DNA from: Promethearchaeum sp.
GTDB taxonomy: Archaea > Asgardarchaeota > Lokiarchaeia > Sigyniarchaeales > Promethearchaeaceae
Direction: 5' to 3'
Length of the DNA: 16,538 nucleotides
NCBI GenBank assembly: GCA_030612265.1
Contig: JAUWOE010000069.1
Location: 1 to 16,538 of the forward strand
A program made the position numbers and the translations under genes. The notes beneath the pieces are model-generated. The model was not told where the DNA came from. It did no database searches and saw nothing but the letters and a program-made list of their open reading frames with translations. Shown in pieces: positions 8,023 to 14,429 of the stretch (its first letter is position 1; every line of letters begins with the position of its first letter).

Positions 8023-9393
8023 ATGACTCCCAAAGATCATAAAAAAAATAGGGAAATTCCCATAAGTTTACGGGGTATCGAATCAATTCTCCGTGTTCTA
8101 AACAATGAACTTAAGGACCCTTCTAGTATTAGACAAATTAGTGAAGTTACTGGTCTTTCAATGCGGGTAGCTAAAAATATTTTAATGCAATTAGAAAATC
8201 TTAAGCAAGTAGAACGAGTTTTAGAAAAAGGGCAAATACTACCAAAATGGGGTTTAACTAGGCTAGGAAAGGAAAATGCTAAAGCAATTGAAAAAAGTTC
8301 CAATGGTTTGAATAAAAAACCGAGTAATAGATTATCAGAACTTTTAATTAGTAATATACAAATAGCAAAAAATATAGAGGAACAAAATACAAAAATTGGA
8401 GCAACCCATCGAAATTTCATAAATTTATTAGATAAATTAAAATTAAATTTGAGTAAATCTATGGGTATTTGTTATAACTTGGAACAACCAATTTTTGCTG
8501 AACGGTTGGGAGATATTATACGCAAATTAAAATCCATCAAAACCAATTTTTCGAGTTTTCGTGTAAATCCCTTATCTTTTTATGATTTACATAAAAAAGG
8601 GACTAAAAAGAAAATTTCCGCTCGAAAAAAGAAAGATTTTCTTTCAGAGATTTTATTTATCAATCAGATCTTGCTTAATCAGCTTAATTTTATCTCAGAG
8701 TTGGAATTAGAGGTAAGTAAAAACCTCGAGCAAGAAAACTATAGATTATTTAGTGAAATTTATAATCAAATAACAGACCAAATCAGGATTTTAGATTTTT
8801 TACTCCAAAAAAGAACCAGTGTTGATGATGGTATTCACATACTTGCAGAAGATGAATTAAATTTACTTCAAAAGAATCAAGTTGGGTTAAGTTTGCTTAA
8901 AAAATTCTTACCTCCATTAATCCAAGATAATAGAAAAGAAGAAATACTGAAAGAAAGCCTAATATCACTTATTTCTGATTTATTGGGAGTGCACTCAAAA
9001 AATAATAGTAAGCCATATAATATCCCACTTGTTTCTTTTTATGAATTAGCCAAAGACAAGTGTAACTATACAGGCTTTACAGTTGAGAATTTAGAAAATG
9101 TGTTAAACCAACTAGCTGAACAAGGCTTAATATCCGGGATAATTGAAATAAAAGATGATGAAAATCATATTTTTAAAATTGTCCAGTTAAAACCGTATGA
9201 TATTTCAGTTGACGAAATAAAACTTCTTCGATTAGCAATTCAATTAAAATCTTTTTCAATGGCTGAAGTTATGGAAAATTTAAGTTGGAATCAATCAAAA
9301 GTAGAAAAAATACTTCAAACTATGACAAATAACGGATTACTCCGGCATTCTCAATCATATCTACAAGGAGATAAATGGTATATATTAATGTAA
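8023..9393 (+). CDS. Multi-winged-helix/coiled-coil protein: N-terminal MarR/TrmB-like wHTH, long helical middle, C-terminal tandem WH resembling ESCRT-II EAP30 (Vps22/Vps36)
   Basis: 456-aa ORF. The N-terminal wHTH is SIRQISEVTGLSMRVAKNILMQLENLKQVERV. Residues ~100-330 are helical and heptad-like. The C-terminal residues 334-455 (nt 9022..9390) form two WH units: FTVENLENVLNQLAEQGLISGIIEIKDDENHIFKIVQLKP and FSMAEVMENLSWNQSKVEKILQTMTNNGLLRHSQSYLQGDKWYIL. I am confident it is a gene and only moderately to weakly confident of the EAP30 likeness. Confidence 0.6.
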   Translation: MTPKDHKKNREIPISLRGIESILRVLNNELKDPSSIRQISEVTGLSMRVAKNILMQLENLKQVERVLEKGQILPKWGLTRLGKENAKAIEKSSNGLNKKPSNRLSELLISNIQIAKNIEEQNTKIGATHRNFINLLDKLKLNLSKSMGICYNLEQPIFAERLGDIIRKLKSIKTNFSSFRVNPLSFYDLHKKGTKKKISARKKKDFLSEILFINQILLNQLNFISELELEVSKNLEQENYRLFSEIYNQITDQIRILDFLLQKRTSVDDGIHILAEDELNLLQKNQVGLSLLKKFLPPLIQDNRKEEILKESLISLISDLLGVHSKNNSKPYNIPLVSFYELAKDKCNYTGFTVENLENVLNQLAEQGLISGIIEIKDDENHIFKIVQLKPYDISVDEIKLLRLAIQLKSFSMAEVMENLSWNQSKVEKILQTMTNNGLLRHSQSYLQGDKWYILM

Positions 9394-9417
9394 AATTAAA
9401 AAAAGAGTGAAATTATA

Positions 9418-10314
9418 ATGTTAAGAAAGAAAAACGGCAGTAATGGTAAAGATCGATTTCCATCAATTACTTCATGGCCCCAGGATGATTCAAAAGATCA
9501 AAATTCTCAATTAATTTATTGTTTTCCCAAACAAAACGATAATATTAAGAAAGCAAAATTCTTTAATGTTAAAGAACATGAACGCGCGTTATATCTAAAA
9601 CACGGTGAATTAATTGCAGAACTTGGTGGCGGAACGTATGAATTAGAGAAAAAGTCCCGCGCTAAGGGTACAAAAATTATTTGGTTTGACACTTCAATGC
9701 ATCAAATTTTATGGGGTATCCCAGAGATAAATGGCATTCCAAGTCAAGACGGGTTTATATTTGGAATGTTTGGTGATCTTAAATTACATATTTACAATGT
9801 CAGCATTTTCTATAAATACGTTATTGGCGGAAGTAAAGAATGGACGATACAACAATTGAAAGATTGGATAATAAGCCTTTTTTATGTTATTCTCCGTGAT
9901 ATTTTTAAGGAATTTGATATTTCAGAAATTTTCCAAGAATCTCGAGAAATAGTTATGAATAAAGTGATTTCCAAAGTTTGTGATGAAATGAATCTTTATG
10001 GCTTGGAATTGGACGCGTTTAATATTTTAGGTTTTAAAACACCAGAAAATGCAAAAGAAGTTCTTAATTCCAAACAAGAACAAGCGTATCAATTCAAGAA
10101 ATGGCTTGAAAATGAAAAAAAACGAGATATCGAAGATCGAGAAATCATTCAAGATCGAATAAAATCTTTAAAGAGTCGTTTGCAAGGGCTTCAAAACGAT
10201 TTACTGGAAAGTAAAATCACCAGGGAAGAATATGATTACAAGTGCCAAACAATCAAAGAATTCATAGAAGAAGCAAATTCAGAACTGGAACCGGATAGAA
10301 GGTATGAAAAATAA
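9418..10314 (+). CDS. SPFH/band-7 superfamily protein of the YdjI (Band_7_1, COG4260-like) type with C-terminal coiled coil and no Zn ribbon
   Basis: 298-aa ORF. SITSWPQDD..LIYCFPKQNDNIKKAKFFNVKEHERALYLKHGELIAELGGGTYELE matches the N-terminal pattern of this family (I..W....Y.FP....I..ga.l.V.E.q.Av....G.....lgpG.Y.L). This is followed by WGIP..DG..FGMFGDLKLHIYN and GLELDAFNILGFKTPE. Residues ~215-298 are coiled coil. It starts 24 nt after the upstream gene. Confidence 0.6.
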   Translation: MLRKKNGSNGKDRFPSITSWPQDDSKDQNSQLIYCFPKQNDNIKKAKFFNVKEHERALYLKHGELIAELGGGTYELEKKSRAKGTKIIWFDTSMHQILWGIPEINGIPSQDGFIFGMFGDLKLHIYNVSIFYKYVIGGSKEWTIQQLKDWIISLFYVILRDIFKEFDISEIFQESREIVMNKVISKVCDEMNLYGLELDAFNILGFKTPENAKEVLNSKQEQAYQFKKWLENEKKRDIEDREIIQDRIKSLKSRLQGLQNDLLESKITREEYDYKCQTIKEFIEEANSELEPDRRYEK

Positions 10315-10334
10315 TATTTAGGAGAAAAATCAAA

Positions 10335-13300
10335 ATGAGAAATGGAAATAAAAAAAGGACACATAGTCAAATTACATTAATTATATTAGGAATTTGTATC
10401 ATTCTTATTTCAAGCATTGAAACCCATGCATTGTATAATGATTCTGCGCAAAATCAGGAGAAAATTTTTGAAGTAAATGCAGCAACATTACTTATTTCAC
10501 ATGAACCAATTCGGATAGACGGAAATAATGATTTAGAAGCTTTTTGCGCTGGTAATGGGACTGATGGATTATCATGGGGAACCGCTTTTAAAATTGAAAA
10601 TTATTCAATTACTTCAGGTGAGCATTCGGGAATTTTTATCCAAAATACCGATAAATTTCTAATAATCAATAATTGTTCAATCAAAAATTTTGATGAAGAG
10701 AAGGTTACTGATAACGGGACTTACTACGAAAAAGGGATTGAAATTCAAAATTGTTCGAATGTTAAAATCACTAATTGTTCATTGATAGACAACATATATG
10801 GGATCTATTTAAACTCATCAACCAATAATACAATAATTCAAAATAATTGTTCTTTAAATGATTATGGATATACATTGGTGAATTCAGAAAATAACACCCT
10901 ATTCAATAATACTGCTTCAAATAATGAAGGTGATGGATTTAGATTAGTTGGAAGTATCCACAATAATATCTCAACAAATATTGCAAATTTTAATAATTGG
11001 AATGGTATTACTCTTGATCAGTATTATTCAGATATTAGTGCTGTGAGTAGTCAAGAAAATTTAATAGTAAACAATATAATTGAAAATAATCAAGAAAATG
11101 GTATTAGTTTCTCATATTCTGATAGTAACTCAGTACTTAATAACTGTATTTCGAATAATCGAGGTTCTGGAATTACATTAAGATTTTCTTCTGATAACTA
11201 CTTATCTTTTAATTTAATTAATAATAATAATAACGCAGGAATAGAACTTTTCGATGATTGTAACTGGAATTTGATTTTAAATAATAATATTAGTGACAAT
11301 TCCAATGGAATATATATCATTAATTCTGGTCAAAATACTATTGGAGAAAACATCATAACTAATCATACTAGTGGTTATGGTATTTTAATTCTATATGAGG
11401 ATGAATATCAATCAGAACAGAATATTTATGGAAATATTTTTGAAAATAATTCACAAGATATATCATATGAGCAAATTACTTATTACTCTTATTCACCACC
11501 ACCTTATTATGTTTATGTGATTATAGCAGTTTTTATTATTGGAATCGTAGTAATACTCATGATAAATCGAAAAAAAATAAAAAAACGATGGAAAAAATTA
11601 ATTTCTGATCGCGAAATAAGAAAAAGCGAACAGAAAATTGAACGAGCGAAAAAAAATAAGGAAAGTAGTTTAAAATTATCAAAAATATCTGTAGAAAATA
11701 TTGATCGGGAAGATTCTAAATTAAGTTTGCTAAGAATTTATAAAATATTTAAGGTTATTGGATGGCTATGTGTATTATCTATAATGTTTCTATTTATAGG
11801 ATTTACCTTCGGAACAGGAGCTCCATATTTCCTTATCGATATTCCTATTTTGATAATTTTATGGATTATTAATCGAAAAAAAATCTCATATCAATGGAAT
11901 AAATTCATTGCTGAGCGCGAAAACGAACTGAGAATTAATAGAGATGAAAGGACTAATAAACACGATTCAAAAACTTCAAAAATTTTAATAAAAAATATGA
12001 ATCGGAAAAAATCGAAATCAGGAAAACAATTTATTTTTAAATTACTAAAAGTACTTTCTTGGCTTTTTGTATTATTCTGGATGTTTCTATTTATAGTTTT
12101 TAGCTTCGTAACAGGAGATCAATATTTCCTTATCGATATTCCTATTGTGATCATTATTTGGTTTTTTTATAGAAAAAAGACAAAATTTAATTATCATAAA
12201 AGGAAAACCAATCATTTAATTAAAATTAGCAAAAGTAAAACTAAGAAAGCTATAGATTATGCAAAAATGCATAAATATAAAAGATCCAGGAATTATTGGT
12301 TAAGTTCGGAACGAAATTATCGAAGAGCTCTAAGACTAGTACCGGATTTTCATAAAATTGATTTTCTTGAGAAAAAAATAATTTCCATTAAACAGAATAT
12401 ATTAGCTACCTATATTTCTGAAGGTATTCTTCTAAGTAAAATTGCCTGGGCTAAATTCCAAGAAAATCACTTTTCCCAAGCAAAAAAACAATATTCTAAG
12501 AGTATTTCGGCAATCGAATTAGTTTTAAAAAGTATTGAAACAGAGAATGTTTTCAGTGAAGAAGAGGAGTTTCCAATTACCGCTTCCTTAATTTTTGAAA
12601 TTTTGCAATTCTTAGAGAAAAACCTAGATCAAATTAAAATTAAAGAAAATAATAAAAAGAAATCAAAGGTTTTTATAAAATCCAGTGATGTACAAAAGAT
12701 AAATGAGAAAATTGTTAAATCAATAAAAGAAATGAATGAATCTTTATGGATTTATTGCCAATCACTTGATTCTCATGAAGATTTACTCGATTTAGATGTA
12801 TTATCGAAAATATTGGAGAGTAAATTAACAAAATCAGAAAAAATATTGAACTCGGTTCAAGAACAAATGCAATATTTATTAAATTACATGCAAACTTCAA
12901 CCAATAGATATGAGAGAAATGGTGTTGAAACAAAATCGATTGCAATGAATATAAACCGCACTTTAGAACAAGAAAGAATTGAAAATAAACATCTGAAAAT
13001 TATTCGAGAATATGAATATATCGGGGGTAAAATTCGCTTGAAAGTTGGCATGGTGAATCATTCAGATAATGTTTTAACAAATTTAGCACTAAGATTCGAT
13101 TTACCTGAATCTTTAAAGTGGATTATCCATGAACCGAATTTAAAACGCAGAGGTGATACTATTCATATTGCAAAACTGGGTGGGAATGAAAAAATCGCAA
13201 TATCGCTTTATTTAGAACCAATAAATTGTTTAGAAAGTACGATTAATGCTACTTTAACCTATTTTGACAATAAAGATCGTCCACAAGCAATTATAATGGC

Positions 13301-13865
13301 ACCGAAAAAAGTTTCGATATCATGTCCAATTTTCTTTACAAGAGAAGAAGCCAACTTAGCCCGAGTAAAAAAAATACAATTGGAGCTTAAATATGAAGAC
13401 CATAAAATTTTCCCGCTTGTTAAATCGAATAAATCTGAATTGATTTTTAACAAAATTCTCGCTTCTATTGGAAAACATGATGTCAAATTAGTAAGCAAAG
13501 AGTATTCCCTTGATAATAATAAGGGCGAAGCATATTTCTATGGGATAACTAAAGTTAAGAAGGAAAAAATGATAATTTATTTATTATTGGATTCAAACCA
13601 TCAAATTATTGAAATTTCCGTAAATGGTGATGATCAAGAACCGATTACAGGGCTTCTTGCTGAACTTGAAAGCGAAATTCGTGATAAATTGCTAGTTCAT
13701 AATATTATCGAAGATTCCGATAAATTCCATGACATAAATACATCTATTCTTTTAGGGAATTGTCCTTTTTGTAATGGTCCTATTTCACAAACTAGTATAT
13801 CACTTTTCAAGAAAGGCGAAACTATAACATGCAAATATTGTGATACTATTATAACACCCTATTAA
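10335..13865 (+). CDS. Large (1176 aa) multi-domain membrane protein: signal peptide, PbH1/NosD-like right-handed beta-helix ectodomain, TM, duplicated TM-hairpin modules, cytoplasmic helical + beta-sandwich + alpha/beta region, C-terminal zinc ribbon
   Basis: AGGAG lies about 9 nt upstream of the ATG. The N-terminus is KKRTHSQITLIILGICIILISSIETHA. Residues ~55-375 hold repeated rungs of the type NCSIKNF / IEIQNCSNVKITNCSLIDNIYGIYLNSSTNNTIIQNNCS / NNEGDGFRLVGSIHNNIS / NQENGISFSYSDSNSVLNNCISNNRGSGITL. The first TM is YVYVIIAVFIIGIVVILMI followed by NRKK. Two TM hairpins follow. The C-terminus is CPFC-x18-CKYC (13761..13841). Confidence 0.8.
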   Translation: MRNGNKKRTHSQITLIILGICIILISSIETHALYNDSAQNQEKIFEVNAATLLISHEPIRIDGNNDLEAFCAGNGTDGLSWGTAFKIENYSITSGEHSGIFIQNTDKFLIINNCSIKNFDEEKVTDNGTYYEKGIEIQNCSNVKITNCSLIDNIYGIYLNSSTNNTIIQNNCSLNDYGYTLVNSENNTLFNNTASNNEGDGFRLVGSIHNNISTNIANFNNWNGITLDQYYSDISAVSSQENLIVNNIIENNQENGISFSYSDSNSVLNNCISNNRGSGITLRFSSDNYLSFNLINNNNNAGIELFDDCNWNLILNNNISDNSNGIYIINSGQNTIGENIITNHTSGYGILILYEDEYQSEQNIYGNIFENNSQDISYEQITYYSYSPPPYYVYVIIAVFIIGIVVILMINRKKIKKRWKKLISDREIRKSEQKIERAKKNKESSLKLSKISVENIDREDSKLSLLRIYKIFKVIGWLCVLSIMFLFIGFTFGTGAPYFLIDIPILIILWIINRKKISYQWNKFIAERENELRINRDERTNKHDSKTSKILIKNMNRKKSKSGKQFIFKLLKVLSWLFVLFWMFLFIVFSFVTGDQYFLIDIPIVIIIWFFYRKKTKFNYHKRKTNHLIKISKSKTKKAIDYAKMHKYKRSRNYWLSSERNYRRALRLVPDFHKIDFLEKKIISIKQNILATYISEGILLSKIAWAKFQENHFSQAKKQYSKSISAIELVLKSIETENVFSEEEEFPITASLIFEILQFLEKNLDQIKIKENNKKKSKVFIKSSDVQKINEKIVKSIKEMNESLWIYCQSLDSHEDLLDLDVLSKILESKLTKSEKILNSVQEQMQYLLNYMQTSTNRYERNGVETKSIAMNINRTLEQERIENKHLKIIREYEYIGGKIRLKVGMVNHSDNVLTNLALRFDLPESLKWIIHEPNLKRRGDTIHIAKLGGNEKIAISLYLEPINCLESTINATLTYFDNKDRPQAIIMAPKKVSISCPIFFTREEANLARVKKIQLELKYEDHKIFPLVKSNKSELIFNKILASIGKHDVKLVSKEYSLDNNKGEAYFYGITKVKKEKMIIYLLLDSNHQIIEISVNGDDQEPITGLLAELESEIRDKLLVHNIIEDSDKFHDINTSILLGNCPFCNGPISQTSISLFKKGETITCKYCDTIITPY
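11562..12167 (+). repeat. Intragenic tandem duplication (102 aa + 100 aa units) encoding a basic juxtamembrane linker plus TM hairpin
   Basis: Unit 1 is 11562..11867 (INRKKIKKRWKKLISDRE...KIFKVIGWLCVLSIMFLFIGFTFGTGAPYFLIDIPILIILWI). Unit 2 is 11868..12167 (INRKKISYQWNKFIAERE...KLLKVLSWLFVLFWMFLFIVFSFVTGDQYFLIDIPIVIIIWFF). They share an identical 25-nt core ATATTTCCTTATCGATATTCCTATT at 11825..11849 and 12122..12146. Confidence 0.85.
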
Positions 13866-13889
13866 AATGTCTAAAAAACTTACATCCTG

Positions 13890-13908
13890 TTTTTTTAGTT
13901 TATTTTTT
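13890..13908 (+). terminator. Double oligo-T tract (T7 then T6) after the operon's last gene, a candidate archaeal terminator
   Basis: CCTGTTTTTTTAGTTTATTTTTTAA begins about 25 nt after the stop at 13865. No comparable intergenic T-tract lies in the 24-nt and 20-nt gaps within the operon. Confidence 0.3.
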
Positions 13909-13930
13909 AATAATTAACATTATTATCTTC

Positions 13931-14340
13931 TTAAATAGTGGGTGGAATTAAAGCACACTTTGATTTCTTCATTCCTTTAGATAAGAAATAATCATATCGA
14001 CTTCTATGTTTTTGATAGAATTTTTTTCCGTAGAGGACAACACCTTCACCTATCGCATCGATGGCTGTAAGGGCATAACTTTCAAACACTCTTCAAATTC
14101 TTCTGTTTTATAGCAAAATAAATCTAAAGATAAAAGAGGGGCTGATTTTATAACCCAATCACTTCTCTCAATAAAACTCCCTTTAAAATCACCTACTAAT
14201 AATATATCATAATCACTGTATCGTGTGGCTTCATCTCGCCCTTGGGAACCAAATAAAATTACCATATTTAAATTAATTTCACTTTTTACCTGATTAATCA
14301 TGGATTGAAAAAGGGTTTGCCATTTATTCAAAGATTTCAT
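13931..14340 (-). pseudogene. MNT-type (DNA pol beta-like) nucleotidyltransferase, split by a frameshift
   Basis: The 96-aa ORF 14050..14340 carries the NTase motif ILFGSQGRDEATRYSDYDILLV and is preceded by GGAGG. It ends prematurely at ...KTEEFEECLKVMPLQPSMR*. A second frame (13931..14092, below the ORF-track length cutoff) reads RVFESYALTAIDAIGEGVVLYGKKFYQKHRSRYDYFLSKGMKKSKCALIPPTI*, the typical C-terminal helix of this family. This implies a 1-nt indel between about 14074 and 14092. Confidence 0.6.
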
Positions 14341-14429
14341 TCTTTTTTTGCCTCCATTTCGTTATTAACAAAATCAATTATTAATTTTGCTAATGCAAAA
14401 TAGTATTTTTTTAGTAATTTAAAGTATCT

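Noticed and set aside
8037-8420. 127-aa minus-strand ORF opposite the 5' part of the 8023 gene
   Set aside because: The plus-strand frame encodes a clear wHTH and continues for 456 aa. The antisense ORF is Phe/Leu/Ser-rich, typical of the complement of a Lys/Glu-rich gene.
8320-9020. Helical middle region of the 456-aa protein, considered as a hidden ESCRT-III/PspA-like hairpin
   Set aside because: I could identify no alpha1-alpha2 hairpin signature or charge asymmetry by eye. A coiled-coil region alone is not evidence.
12243-12440. MIT-like or TPR-like helices (KAIDYAKMHKYKRSRNYWLSSERNYRRALRLVPDF...) in the cytoplasmic part of the giant protein, considered as an ESCRT-III-binding MIT domain
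   Set aside because: The only resemblance is a short NY..AL.L pattern, and generic helical repeats give the same look. It is too weak to report as a feature and needs HHpred or a structure model.
12715-13498. Two minus-strand ORFs (76 and 79 aa) inside the 1176-aa gene
   Set aside because: These are antisense shadow ORFs within one long uninterrupted plus-strand frame.
13866-14429. Search for a HEPN partner flanking the MNT gene
   Set aside because: The flanking non-coding stretches (65 nt and 89 nt) are too short. The only extra coding capacity is the MNT's own frameshifted C-terminus.
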